Assembly (NCBI GenBank): GCA_017639185.1
Contig: GCA_017639185.1_4892.1
DNA from: Escherichia coli
GTDB taxonomy: Bacteria > Pseudomonadota > Gammaproteobacteria > Enterobacterales > Enterobacteriaceae
Direction: 5' to 3' (one strand)
DNA length: 53,474 nucleotides
Shown here: piece by piece, positions 27,922 to 37,369 of the stretch
Layout: each line of letters starts with the position of its first letter
Numbering within the stretch: the first letter of the stretch is position 1
Translations under genes and position numbers: made by a program
The notes under the pieces: model-generated
The model's database searches: none
What the model was told of the DNA's origin: nothing
Seen by the model: the letters and a program-made list of their open reading frames with translations, nothing else

Positions 27922-28359
27922 ATGTTTCACACACTCAAGACCTTTCAGGGCGTCAGCCCTAATACCGACGAACAGGTAATTGAAGAGCACTTTGTTACCT
28001 TCCGTACCAGCGACATCGTCGACATTAGCGTAATTGTACACAATGATACTGCCGAAATTGTATACCTTACTTTGCGTGGTACCCAGGACGAAGACGGTGC
28101 ACCACCTTGCATGACCTTCAGACGTGAATGGCACGCTGAAGCTGTTGAATCACTGGTTGCATTGCGTGATGCGCTTCATATTACGCCTACTTATTTCACT
28201 GACAATGACGGTAGCTTATTCCCGTACAGCAATGTCATGTATGTCAACATCAAAACACGAACCATGCATCTGGTAAATGGTGTTGCTATTGCACTCACCA
28301 AAAACGAGTTTGACCGGTTTTATGACGAGTATCGTAACTGGATGGACTTATATAAATAG
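27922..28359 (+). CDS. hypothetical protein
   Basis: Start at ATG 27922 (AAGGAG RBS) rather than track start 27838. Confidence 0.5.
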   Translation: MFHTLKTFQGVSPNTDEQVIEEHFVTFRTSDIVDISVIVHNDTAEIVYLTLRGTQDEDGAPPCMTFRREWHAEAVESLVALRDALHITPTYFTDNDGSLFPYSNVMYVNIKTRTMHLVNGVAIALTKNEFDRFYDEYRNWMDLYK

Positions 28360-28369
28360 GAGCAATTAA

Positions 28370-28738
28370 GTGAGTAACCAACCGTCTATGTCGTTAGTGT
28401 ACCAGGCACCAGCTAAGACTGGTGAGTTTGCAGGTACTATCCACGTAATTCATGCGGAAGAAATCATCAGCATTGCATTCGTGGAAAAAACAAAGAAAGA
28501 AAAAGCTTTACGCGTCACCACTAAAAGTGGTATAATAGACGTAACGGATATTGCTGCGGGCCAAGCGCTACGTACAATGTTCAATAACTATTGTTTACTG
28601 ATCGGTGCAACTATGCACATGCAACCTGAGGAAACAACTGATGGCACTGACCCCACAAGAACTGGAATCGATGGACACGGAACAGCTGTACGACAAGCTG
28701 GCGAATCTGAACCGCTGGATGGCACAAGCGAAAGCTGA
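28370..28738 (+). CDS. hypothetical protein (3' end overlaps next gene)
   Basis: GTG start with GGAG RBS. Last ~30 codons overlap the 28641 gene in another frame. Confidence 0.4.
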   Translation: MSNQPSMSLVYQAPAKTGEFAGTIHVIHAEEIISIAFVEKTKKEKALRVTTKSGIIDVTDIAAGQALRTMFNNYCLLIGATMHMQPEETTDGTDPTRTGIDGHGTAVRQAGESEPLDGTSES

Positions 28739-29081
28739 CCAGGAAACATTGCGCCGGACCATTAAGGCTCGTCTTGAACGCGACATGATTATCAACCGCG
28801 GTAAAGAAGGTACACAAACGGTTGAGTTCAGTATGCATGGCGTACCTGGTAAACTCAAGGTTGAGCAGAAGGTTAACCGCTCACTTGACCAGAAGCTTGT
28901 GCCTGACGTAATGAAGAAGTTACCGAAGACTGTTGTTGCCAAGCTGTTTAAAACCAAGTATGAAATGTCAGTTACTGCATACCGTAACCTGACACCAGAA
29001 CAGCTGGCTATCGTCGACCCTGTTGTGAAGACTTCACCAGGTATTCCGACTGTAACATTCACACCGGCGGATACGGAATAA
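28641..29081 (+). CDS. hypothetical protein
   Basis: ATG at 28641 with GAGGA RBS. 146 aa. Confidence 0.5.
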   Translation: MALTPQELESMDTEQLYDKLANLNRWMAQAKADQETLRRTIKARLERDMIINRGKEGTQTVEFSMHGVPGKLKVEQKVNRSLDQKLVPDVMKKLPKTVVAKLFKTKYEMSVTAYRNLTPEQLAIVDPVVKTSPGIPTVTFTPADTE

Positions 29082-29096
29082 GCCGAGTAATTAAAC

Positions 29097-29124
29097 GGGG
29101 CTTAGCACAAGCCCCCTGACTTTT
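29097..29124 (+). terminator. hairpin / weak terminator
   Basis: GGGGC-TTAGCACAA-GCCCC followed by CTGACTTTT. Confidence 0.35.
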
Positions 29125-29134
29125 GGAGACTTTC

Positions 29135-29434
29135 ATGTTAAAGCATAACGGCAAGAAGTATAATGTTGAAGACCGTTACCGTCACCACCTCGGCATTCTC
29201 AAGTCAATTATGCGTACTGCAGGAATGGACGAGATGGAACCACTTTGCAATATCCTTCCTCGTGTACGTCATATGGTGCAGGATAATGCCGTGCTGAATA
29301 AAGCTATTGAGCAGGCACAGGCTGAGGGTGTTGCATTTATTCGTGTAACCCACAAAAATGATGGCACCAGCCTGGAAGTGGTTAACAGCCGTAACGTGGA
29401 GATCAAGTGTGAAGATAGCCCATCTGATTCTTGA
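29135..29434 (+). CDS. hypothetical protein
   Basis: ATG 29135 after GGAGAC. Track start 29123 is TTG. Confidence 0.45.
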   Translation: MLKHNGKKYNVEDRYRHHLGILKSIMRTAGMDEMEPLCNILPRVRHMVQDNAVLNKAIEQAQAEGVAFIRVTHKNDGTSLEVVNSRNVEIKCEDSPSDS

Positions 29435-29502
29435 TGCCATACTTGTTGGGTGCGTGGTATACGGTTTGTACCTGGCAACACAAATAACGGGGTATATCAT
29501 CC

Positions 29503-29793
29503 ATGGACAATAAGCAGATGCGTGTTATGTTTATGGGCAATCCTGGTCCGCGAGACAAATGGCTGTTTGACAAGTTCAAAGAAAGCCTGATAGGCAAAGA
29601 GCTGGTTATTGACTTTACTCCTGTTGAGAAAAGAGCGGCTGAAGTCTTTCGCAATATCAACCATGACTTAATCGTGATTGACGAAATTGTGGATAAGCCA
29701 ACAAAGAAAGAAGTCGGTACATATGCGGCCATGTTCGGCGTACCGAAGAAAACATATACTCCGCTACACAAACGTAAAGGTAAACGTAAATGA
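29503..29793 (+). CDS. hypothetical protein with degenerate P-loop-like segment
   Basis: MFMGNPGPRDKW and LIVIDEI resemble Walker A/B but lack the GK[ST] lysine context. 96 aa. Confidence 0.4.
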   Translation: MDNKQMRVMFMGNPGPRDKWLFDKFKESLIGKELVIDFTPVEKRAAEVFRNINHDLIVIDEIVDKPTKKEVGTYAAMFGVPKKTYTPLHKRKGKRK

Positions 29794-30080
29794 GTACTCT
29801 AGATTCTCGTGCTAAACTGGCTAAGATTTGTAATGTGACTGTGAAGGAGTCATCTCTTCCGGAGCTCAAAGGTTGTCTCCTTTGTGGGTCAGGCTTCCAG
29901 CTTATTTGGGACCCGTACAAGAACAAGGACCAGGCTATGGATGTGCTTCTGCATTCAGGTATTAGCCTGCAAGTCAACAGTAATGAAGTTGTCGCCAATG
30001 GCGAAGTGTTCTTGTTTGAAGACTACGACCGTGCTCATTATTGTTTGTGTGATGCTATTTGCACTTCTGCCTTAAAATAA
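29790..30080 (+). CDS. hypothetical Cys-containing protein
   Basis: 96-aa ORF, ATGA overlap with the upstream gene. Confidence 0.45.
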   Translation: MSTLDSRAKLAKICNVTVKESSLPELKGCLLCGSGFQLIWDPYKNKDQAMDVLLHSGISLQVNSNEVVANGEVFLFEDYDRAHYCLCDAICTSALK

Positions 30081-30194
30081 ATGTGTACGTCACCACTCAC
30101 TAATGATATAATGTCTTTAACGGTTAAGCAATAAAGCACATGCGCAGGGAATGTCTCTGGCATACAATCAAACTGGTATACAAGGAAACAAGAA

Positions 30195-31100
30195 ATGACT
30201 ACAGTATTTGACCGCAGCGGTAAAGCACACGAAGCTCTGGGTTTTGTTATCTGTGTTGACGAGGGAAACACTTCCCTGTTGACGCAGGGCAAAGTGTATG
30301 CCAACCTGGGTTCTTTCGGCGGGGCTTACGATAACTTATGGGTAATCGACGACCGTGGTCTGAAGCAGAACTTCAGCGTTGACCGTTTCGCTAAGTACGA
30401 ATCTGAAAAACACAACTGGGGTATCGCCCGCCGTTCTTACGCTAACCTGAAAGAAGGTAAGCTGTATCGTGTTGAGAAGAATCGCCCGGGCGTTCGTTCG
30501 CTGGATGGCACTAATCAGATTGCATGCGTGGATGAGACCGGTAACTGGCTGACCTACAATGAAGACGTCTTCCGTCTGTGCCGTCCGTCTCATTCCGAAC
30601 AGTACATGGTAGCTAAGCTCAAAGCGGCTGCACCTGTCAAGAACACTGCAATCAACTTCAAAGTTGAGGAAGAGGTTATTGCAGACGACAAACTGAAGTT
30701 TGTTGGTGTTAAGTTTGAACCGAATGGTCGTGTGTACACTTACAAGTACATCGGCAAAGTAAGTGTAGGTGACAAAGCGGTTGTTGACGTTCGCAATGTT
30801 AACTATCCGGAGCTGAACGGTACCAAGCTCGTTGATGTTGTGTCTGTAAGTGCAGCCAATACTTCTGGCTATAATACTGCAACTCTCAAATGGCTTGTTG
30901 ATGTACCTGACTTTAACAAGTATCAGCGCCGTCAGCAGGTTGAAACCTTATTGCGTGAAGCATCAGCACGCCTCGACCTGGAAGTTGAGAAAGAGCTGGA
31001 ACGTCGTCGTCAGTCAGTTGTTGCAGACCTGGCAGCATCTAACCCTGACATCAAAGCGTTGCTTGATGGTATCGCTGCACTGAAAGCAGAACTGCTGTAA
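30195..31100 (+). CDS. hypothetical protein
   Basis: 301-aa ORF. Hairpin GGCGGG-TACAAG-CCCGCC (31108..31125) downstream. Confidence 0.5.
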   Translation: MTTVFDRSGKAHEALGFVICVDEGNTSLLTQGKVYANLGSFGGAYDNLWVIDDRGLKQNFSVDRFAKYESEKHNWGIARRSYANLKEGKLYRVEKNRPGVRSLDGTNQIACVDETGNWLTYNEDVFRLCRPSHSEQYMVAKLKAAAPVKNTAINFKVEEEVIADDKLKFVGVKFEPNGRVYTYKYIGKVSVGDKAVVDVRNVNYPELNGTKLVDVVSVSAANTSGYNTATLKWLVDVPDFNKYQRRQQVETLLREASARLDLEVEKELERRRQSVVADLAASNPDIKALLDGIAALKAELL

Positions 31101-31148
31101 TAACTTTGGCGGGTACAAGCCCGCCAGTCTTCCTCCCTGGAGAGTACT

Positions 31149-31595
31149 ATGGACCTGTTCAAGACTAAATATATTGTTTATAAAGCGCCAACTACTGAAG
31201 AGCATAACGTTGTGTATGCAGTTGATGTGCTAAACGTCAATGCCTTCTTCTCTTGTCGTTTCTTTATCAGTACAAAGGCACGTGCTGACCTCAAAACAGA
31301 GCTTACAGAACGTGTCGTGCACGGTATTGTTAACAGCGACGAGTTCCGTAACTTCTGGAGTAATAACGGCGTTGAGCTTCCGTCACGCGAGGATGGTAAT
31401 CTTACTGTTGTGCGTGTTGACAAAGCACACAAACAATTGTTTACGTTCAACGTATACAGCGACCATCTGAAGGGCGTCACCATCCCTTTGTGGGTAGAAG
31501 CATACAACGAAGAACATGCAGGAGTATTGCTCGATGGCGTTATAGCCAACCTCGGTTTGTCACGGCTATCGTGTCAAGCTGTTAGTGTAAAATAG
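31149..31595 (+). CDS. hypothetical protein
   Basis: 148-aa ORF. Confidence 0.5.
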   Translation: MDLFKTKYIVYKAPTTEEHNVVYAVDVLNVNAFFSCRFFISTKARADLKTELTERVVHGIVNSDEFRNFWSNNGVELPSREDGNLTVVRVDKAHKQLFTFNVYSDHLKGVTIPLWVEAYNEEHAGVLLDGVIANLGLSRLSCQAVSVK

Positions 31596-31599
31596 TAGT

Positions 31600-31630
31600 G
31601 TACTTACCCCATGTAAGTGGTGTATAATAT
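31600..31630 (+). promoter_or_regulatory. candidate promoter (extended -10 TGTGTATAAT)
   Basis: TATAAT at 31623..31628 preceded by TG. Adjacent inverted repeat ACTTAC/GTAAGT. Upstream of the gene at 31656. Confidence 0.45.
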
Positions 31631-31655
31631 CCTCATACACATGAGGAGAGAGAAT

Positions 31656-31886
31656 ATGAGCATCCAAACTATCGAACAATTTCGTTCAACATGTAAGCTT
31701 GTCGCAAAAGATAACTGCGATTTATGGACATATGGCGTTCATCATGACTGGCACATCGTCGAGTCATTTGATGAACCCACAACGTACTCCGTCTGTGGCG
31801 AGGAGTTCGACACTCTGGAAGAAGCCGAAGAAGCTCTTTATCGTATGTATTGCGACGAAGAATCACTTTACGAGGACTATCATTAA
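31656..31886 (+). CDS. small acidic Cys-rich protein
   Basis: ATG 31656 after GGAGAGAG. 76 aa. Stop overlaps the next start (TAATG). Confidence 0.45.
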   Translation: MSIQTIEQFRSTCKLVAKDNCDLWTYGVHHDWHIVESFDEPTTYSVCGEEFDTLEEAEEALYRMYCDEESLYEDYH

Positions 31887-32770
31887 TGGTTCAGATTGTA
31901 TCTACTAAACAAGCCGTAGAAAATAAGCGACCTAAGGTCGCTATTTACGGCGCGTCAGGTGTTGGTAAAACCACCCTGGCTAAGACCTTGCCTCATGACA
32001 AGGTTCTTGTCATTAATGCCGAAGGCGGTTTGATGTCAATTGCAGACGCTGACATTGACTCTACGCCAATCAATACGTTCAACGACATTCTGGCGTTGTA
32101 CAAATGGCTTACAGAAAGTAAGGATGCGCAGAAGTATGAGCATCTGATTTTCGACTCGTTGTCAGATGTAGCTGAAGTTTGTCTGGACTACGAGAAGTCG
32201 CAGGTTAACGACAAACGACAGGCATATGGTAACACCAACGACAAGATGATGTATATCATGCGCCAGTTCCGTGACTTGCCTTTCAGCGTTGCATACCTGT
32301 GCAAGCTTGAGAAGAACAAGGACGAGGTTACCGGTGCAATGTTGTACTCACCTCTTATGCCTGGCCAACAGCTACCTAAGCAGTTGCCGTACCTGATGGA
32401 TGCGGTGCTTGCTTTACGTATGACTGCGCCTGATGCCAACGGTAACAGCGAGCGCTACATCCAGACCCAGCCTGACTACCAATGGGAAGCTAAGTGCCGT
32501 AACGCACCAGGCCGTGAACTGGATGCACGTGAACCTGCAGACCTGGGCTGGATTTATGACAAGCTGCAAGGCTATCATCCTTACCAGCTGTGGTACTATC
32601 ATCCGGAGTCAGACAGCTACTTGCTTTTGACAGGTCGAGCTGCAGAACAGATGCAGAACGACGACCCGAACGTGCAGCTCACTAAAATCGGTTCGGACGA
32701 ATCGAAAGAGAAGCACCAAGCCTGGATGGCGAAGAAAGCCGCTCAAGCTGAAAAAGAAACCAGCAAATAA
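31886..32770 (+). CDS. RecA-fold ATPase (AAA_24 / Sak4-like recombination-associated)
   Basis: Walker A VAIYGASGVGKTTLAK near the N-terminus, then VLVINAEGG. Located with a nuclease and a helicase. Confidence 0.6.
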   Translation: MVQIVSTKQAVENKRPKVAIYGASGVGKTTLAKTLPHDKVLVINAEGGLMSIADADIDSTPINTFNDILALYKWLTESKDAQKYEHLIFDSLSDVAEVCLDYEKSQVNDKRQAYGNTNDKMMYIMRQFRDLPFSVAYLCKLEKNKDEVTGAMLYSPLMPGQQLPKQLPYLMDAVLALRMTAPDANGNSERYIQTQPDYQWEAKCRNAPGRELDAREPADLGWIYDKLQGYHPYQLWYYHPESDSYLLLTGRAAEQMQNDDPNVQLTKIGSDESKEKHQAWMAKKAAQAEKETSK

Positions 32771-32775
32771 AAGTG

Positions 32776-32816
32776 TTTACGCCATGATAAAAAGTGGCGT
32801 ATAATAAGCATCACGG
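32776..32816 (+). promoter_or_regulatory. candidate promoter with embedded inverted repeat
   Basis: TACGCCA (32778..32784) / TGGCGTA (32805..32811) inverted repeat running into TATAAT (32810..32815). Confidence 0.45.
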
Positions 32817-32877
32817 CCGAACGCTGCCGGTAAAGCGTTAAACGAAATTAAATTAAACTTAAACAGGATACCAAACA

Positions 32878-33423
32878 ATGGCTGAATTAAACTTCAACAG
32901 CTCTACCGTCGAACCGCAACAGTCTTTTGACCCGATCCCGAAAGGCTGGTACAACTTCATGATTGAAGAGGTTGAGCTGAAGCCGACTAAAGCAGGTACC
33001 GGTTCTTATCTGTCCCTGCGTCTGAAAGTGCAGGAAGGTGAGTTCGCTAACCGTGTTGTGTTTGACATGATTACTTACTCCAACCCTAACGCACAAGCTG
33101 TTGAAATCGGTCATCGCAAACTGTCTGCATTGTGCCGTGCTCTGGGTATTGTTGAACTGACTTCTACTGGCCTGCTGGAAAACCGTATCGTAGCTGGCAA
33201 AGTAGGTATTCGCGTTGACAAGACCGGTGAGTACGACCCGCAGAACGATATTCGCGAATACAAAGCGTCAACTGAAGCAACTACTGCAGTAGGCGGTCAG
33301 TCTCAAGCAACTGCATCGACGACGAAGAAAGTAGGTGCAGGTGCGGGTACTTCAACGAAGGCGAATGCTACTGCAACGGCACCTGGTGCTGATGACGGTG
33401 AAGCAGCTCCTTGGGAAGAGTAA
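32878..33423 (+). CDS. putative ssDNA-binding / recombination accessory protein (DUF669-like by position)
   Basis: 181 aa downstream of the AAA_24-like ATPase. Gly/Ala/Thr-rich flexible C-terminus ending in acidic DDGEAAPWEE. Synteny-based. Confidence 0.3.
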   Translation: MAELNFNSSTVEPQQSFDPIPKGWYNFMIEEVELKPTKAGTGSYLSLRLKVQEGEFANRVVFDMITYSNPNAQAVEIGHRKLSALCRALGIVELTSTGLLENRIVAGKVGIRVDKTGEYDPQNDIREYKASTEATTAVGGQSQATASTTKKVGAGAGTSTKANATATAPGADDGEAAPWEE

Positions 33424-33443
33424 TCCCTGCCGAGTAGATATTC

Positions 33444-33470
33444 AATAGGGGCTTCGGCCCCTATTTTCGT
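33444..33470 (+). terminator. UUCG-tetraloop hairpin / intrinsic terminator
   Basis: AATAGGGGC-TTCG-GCCCCTATT followed by TTCG. Confidence 0.55.
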
Positions 33471-33484
33471 ATACGGAGACTACC

Positions 33485-33970
33485 ATGCAAAAGAAGAAGA
33501 TGGACAAGTGGGACAGGCGGTTTATGCGCATAGCTTGTGAAGTTGCAAGCTGGTCTAAGGACCCGAAACGCCAAGTTGGTAGCGTTCTTGTGGACCAGAA
33601 CAAGCGTATTATTTCCACTGGATATAACGGTCTGCCTACGCAGCTAGACTCTATAAGAATAGTGCCTAATAGCCTCAAGAACGCTCTAACTATTCATAGC
33701 GAGATAAACACCTTAGCTAATATAAGGAGTGAGTTAGACACTCCTTCTTTAGGCCCGGTTACCATCTACATAACCTACCCGCCGTGCGAACATTGTGCTG
33801 ACATGCTGATAGCCAACCTTAACCTGGTACGTGTAGTTGCATTAGCACATACAGCTTCACAATCCAAGTGGAAAGAGAGCATGGCAAATGCCGTCGCTCA
33901 TTTGTGGGCACATAACATTGTGTACGATGAATTCAGCATTGAGGAGTTTAATAATGCCCAGTCCGTTTGA
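33485..33970 (+). CDS. dCMP (cytidine/deoxycytidylate-family) deaminase
   Basis: Zinc-binding motifs HSEINTLAN and PCEHCADMLI. Confidence 0.7.
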   Translation: MQKKKMDKWDRRFMRIACEVASWSKDPKRQVGSVLVDQNKRIISTGYNGLPTQLDSIRIVPNSLKNALTIHSEINTLANIRSELDTPSLGPVTIYITYPPCEHCADMLIANLNLVRVVALAHTASQSKWKESMANAVAHLWAHNIVYDEFSIEEFNNAQSV

Positions 33971-34832
33971 CGACCTGCAGAAACGTATTGATGTCAAGAT
34001 AGTCGAAGCCCACGAAAGAGAAGAACGACGCGGGCATCTTGGAGCATCGCAGATAGGACACAACTGCTATCGCTATCTTTGGCACGTTCTGCACTGGTCG
34101 TTCAAGGAGAAGTTTACCGCTAAGCAACTTCGTCTGTTTGAACGTGGTAACCTTGAAGAAAGCAGAATTGTGAAGTGGCTTCGTTCCGTATGTGATGAAG
34201 TGCTGGACGTCAACCCTAAAACAGGTAAGCAGTGGCGCATACACGATTTCAATGACATCTTCTCTGGGTCTTGTGACTGTGTAATCAAATACAAAGGCGT
34301 ATGGGCACTTGCTGAATTCAAAACGCATGGTGATAAGTCGTTTAAAGAGCTAATCAAGCTCAAGTCTGTTAAAGCCAGTAAGCCGGTACACTATGCTCAA
34401 ATGCAAGTATACATGCGGAAGCTTAAGCTGAATCAAGCTGTGTATATTGCAATTAACAAGAACACCGATGAGATGTATTTTGAAGTGGTCGAGATTGACT
34501 TACTTGAAAGTGATATACAACTGAGCAAAGCAGAGGCTGTCGTATATGCGGAATCTGGTTTGGATATGCCGAAGATTTCTGAATCGCCTATTTGGTGGGA
34601 GTGCAAGCCAGGAATGTGCACGTACCACCACTTGTGCCACAAAGGAGCAATGCCCGACAGGAACTGCAGAACCTGCCACTACAGTAAACCGCTCCAGGGC
34701 AAAGTGTGGTATTGTAACAAACACCAGAAAGAGCTCGAAACAACCGAAGAGCAATTAGCAGCTTGTGATGATTATCGACCTGCTGATGTCTTCCCGCAGG
34801 ATGAGAAGCCCGTTAAACTTTCCTTAAAATAA
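33954..34832 (+). CDS. PD-(D/E)XK exonuclease with C-terminal Cys cluster (Cas4/RecB-like)
   Basis: ATG 33954 after GAGGAG. Core CDCVIKYKGVWALAEFK (D...ExK). Cys cluster CKPGMCTYHHLCH...CRTCH. Confidence 0.55.
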   Translation: MPSPFDDLQKRIDVKIVEAHEREERRGHLGASQIGHNCYRYLWHVLHWSFKEKFTAKQLRLFERGNLEESRIVKWLRSVCDEVLDVNPKTGKQWRIHDFNDIFSGSCDCVIKYKGVWALAEFKTHGDKSFKELIKLKSVKASKPVHYAQMQVYMRKLKLNQAVYIAINKNTDEMYFEVVEIDLLESDIQLSKAEAVVYAESGLDMPKISESPIWWECKPGMCTYHHLCHKGAMPDRNCRTCHYSKPLQGKVWYCNKHQKELETTEEQLAACDDYRPADVFPQDEKPVKLSLK

Positions 34833-34840
34833 AAGTATAC

Positions 34841-34865
34841 TTTACCACAAGGAAGTGGTATAATA
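34841..34865 (+). promoter_or_regulatory. candidate promoter TTTACCAC-N6-GTGGTATAAT
   Basis: Inverted repeat TACCAC (34843..34848) / GTGGTA (34855..34860) fused to TATAAT (34859..34864). Upstream of the HNH gene. Confidence 0.5.
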
Positions 34866-34893
34866 TATAAAGTTAATGAGGAGATGATAACAA

Positions 34894-35394
34894 ATGTCAC
34901 GTAATGCTGAAGCAAGAGAGGCTCGTGAAGCTGGGTTAACTCGGTTTATATCTTCTTATCCTTGTCGTAAATGCGGAGGAACAGAGTTTAAAGTAGCCGA
35001 CGCTTCTTGCTGGACATGTAGGAAAGTAAAACAAAACGCTGTTAGGGCAACAGAAGAAGGTAGACAGTACGCCAGGGATGCTTGTAATAAGTTCCGTAAA
35101 GAAAACCTTGAAGAAGAAAGAGCACGAGGTCGTGCTTATTTCAAGACTGAGCGGGGTAGAGCATTAAACCGTGAAAGACGAACAAGACGAAGAGCTATTG
35201 TAAAACAACAAACACCTGGCTGGGCAGACTTGGAGGCTATTAGAATGTTTTATCTTAATTGTCCAGCTGGCTATGAAGTGGACCACATTATTCCACTTAA
35301 AGGCAAATTGGTATCAGGTTTGCATACTCTATCAAATCTGCAATACTTACCTGCAGACGTCAACAGAAGTAAAGGAAATAAATATGAGCTTTGA
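34894..35394 (+). CDS. HNH endonuclease
   Basis: Zinc-ribbon CRKCGGTEFKVADASCWTCRK, then HNH core GYEVDHIIPLKGKLVSGLHTLSNLQYLPADVNRSKGNK. Confidence 0.75.
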   Translation: MSRNAEAREAREAGLTRFISSYPCRKCGGTEFKVADASCWTCRKVKQNAVRATEEGRQYARDACNKFRKENLEEERARGRAYFKTERGRALNRERRTRRRAIVKQQTPGWADLEAIRMFYLNCPAGYEVDHIIPLKGKLVSGLHTLSNLQYLPADVNRSKGNKYEL

Positions 35395-37054
35395 AGCGCG
35401 TTGGTACCAGGTTGAAGCGGTCACAGCTTGGTGGTCGTACTTCAATTCTTATAGTGGTAATCCACTTATTGTCATGCCGACAGGTTCAGGTAAATCACCT
35501 GTGCTTGGTATGTTGATGAAGGATATTCTTACCAGCTATCCCCGTCAGCGCATTCTTATATTGACACACGTCAAGGAGCTGGTAGAACAAGACGCCAAAG
35601 CGATTGTACGCCACTGGCCACAAGCACCCGTATCTATCTACTCTTCAGGCGCAGGACACAAAGACTTTTCAGGTCGTATCGTTGTAGCGTCAGTACAGTC
35701 GATTATTAAGAACCTGGAAGAAGCAGGTAAGTTCAATCTTATATTCATTGACGAAGCCCATCTTGTTCCTGAGAAGTCTGAAACAACATACCGTAAGGTT
35801 ATTGCTCACTTCAAAGAGCTTAATCCTAAGGTAAAAGTAACAGGACTTACAGCAACTCCGTATCGCCTGGCAGGTGGTCATTTACTTGACTGCGGTATAT
35901 TTACTGACATCTGCTATGACCTTACAACACCTGACGCATTCACCAGACTGGTAAATGAAGGCTTCCTGTCACGCCTGGTCAACAAGAAAGTGTTAACCAA
36001 GATTGACACCAGTAATGTTGGCGAAAGGATGGGTGACTATATCCCGTCAGAGCTTGAGAAGGTAGCCAACCAGCATAGTATAACAGTCGCGGCTATTCGT
36101 GAGATGATGCACTACGGTAAAGACAGGAACCACGTTCTTGTATTTGCCACAAGTGTTGAGCACGCCCACAACATAGCAGACGAGTTTAATCTGCGAGGTT
36201 GGCAGACTGTAGTTGTGCATGGCGGTCTTACAAAGAAAGAACGTGAAGCCGCACTGGAAGAGTTTACTAGCGGACGAGCACGGGTCTGTGTAAACGTAAA
36301 CGTATTGACTACAGGATTTGACTATCCTGAGATTGATATGCTCGGTATCTTGCGCCCGTCCACTTCTGTTGCTTTGTGGGTGCAGATACTTGGTCGAGGA
36401 TTACGTACAGCGCCTGGCAAGCATGACTGCCTTGTTATGGACTTTACATCTAATACCATTGACCTTGGACCTATTGACGACCCGGCTGTTCCGCCACGTC
36501 TTGGTAAGAAGAAAAAGAAACGGTCAGAGAAAACGCCTGGTGGTAAAGAGTGCCCTATCTGTCACCAGGTAAGTGGCTATGCTGCTCGTACGTGTAAACA
36601 TCCGGCTAAAGGAAGTACGCCAGACGAGAATGGTGTATATCCGATGTGCGGACATGAATTTGAGTTTACAGTTAACGGACCTGCTATTGCCTTCACTTCA
36701 TCAGAAGAAGAGGTAATGACTAACGGTCAGCTTCGTGTTGTGGACAAGGATGTTACGCTGGTAAACTATTCTTTATTCCAGAAGCAAGGACGGCCTGACA
36801 GTATAAAGGTTGTGTACTACTCAAACCTGGAAGTGTACACAACTTGGGTAAATATTGAGGCCCATGGTAATGCTAAACAAATGGCAGATGCCTGGTGGCG
36901 TAATGCTGCAGGAACAGAACCGCCTGAAACATGCGATGAGTTTATTCGCCGTAAGGGTGAGCTGGCCATTCCTAAGCGTATCAAGGTATGGATTAAACGA
37001 CCCTACCCACAAATCATGAACTACGACTGGGGAAACGGATATGGCGCTCGATGA
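35384..37054 (+). CDS. superfamily-2 DNA helicase
   Basis: Start at ATG 35384 (overlaps the HNH stop). Motif I MPTGSGKS, motif II IFIDEAHLV. C-terminal CPICH zinc-finger-like segment. Confidence 0.75.
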   Translation: MSFEARWYQVEAVTAWWSYFNSYSGNPLIVMPTGSGKSPVLGMLMKDILTSYPRQRILILTHVKELVEQDAKAIVRHWPQAPVSIYSSGAGHKDFSGRIVVASVQSIIKNLEEAGKFNLIFIDEAHLVPEKSETTYRKVIAHFKELNPKVKVTGLTATPYRLAGGHLLDCGIFTDICYDLTTPDAFTRLVNEGFLSRLVNKKVLTKIDTSNVGERMGDYIPSELEKVANQHSITVAAIREMMHYGKDRNHVLVFATSVEHAHNIADEFNLRGWQTVVVHGGLTKKEREAALEEFTSGRARVCVNVNVLTTGFDYPEIDMLGILRPSTSVALWVQILGRGLRTAPGKHDCLVMDFTSNTIDLGPIDDPAVPPRLGKKKKKRSEKTPGGKECPICHQVSGYAARTCKHPAKGSTPDENGVYPMCGHEFEFTVNGPAIAFTSSEEEVMTNGQLRVVDKDVTLVNYSLFQKQGRPDSIKVVYYSNLEVYTTWVNIEAHGNAKQMADAWWRNAAGTEPPETCDEFIRRKGELAIPKRIKVWIKRPYPQIMNYDWGNGYGAR

Positions 37055-37262
37055 CAGAGAACTATTTGAACGGGTAGCAACCCAGGCTAAAGCTTTACCG
37101 CGGCACGTTCGCCGGCAGCTTATTATATACCTGCAGGATATGAGCTGTGCGAACTGCCGTAGCTTCCAGGCAGGAGGCTGTCTATTATCCGGAGGCAAAA
37201 CACCACCGCCGGCAGTTCTGTCTTCCGGATGTAAACTTTTTGACTATGATGTGCCTTTCTAG
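37041..37262 (+). CDS. small Cys-rich protein
   Basis: 73-aa ORF overlapping the helicase 3' end. CANCRSF...GGC. Confidence 0.4.
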   Translation: MALDDRELFERVATQAKALPRHVRRQLIIYLQDMSCANCRSFQAGGCLLSGGKTPPPAVLSSGCKLFDYDVPF

Positions 37263-37369
37263 ACACTAATGAAAAAAGTTTAAAAAAGGTGTTTACACAC
37301 TCTTTTAAATGACGTATATTAACTCACGTAACGAACAAACATTAAGCCCTGTAGACGAGGAAAAAATTA

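Noticed and set aside
35273-35383. Upstream extension of the helicase ORF (track start 35273)
   Set aside because: The extension overlaps the HNH gene in another frame. ATG 35384 has an RBS and begins the conserved helicase N-terminus.
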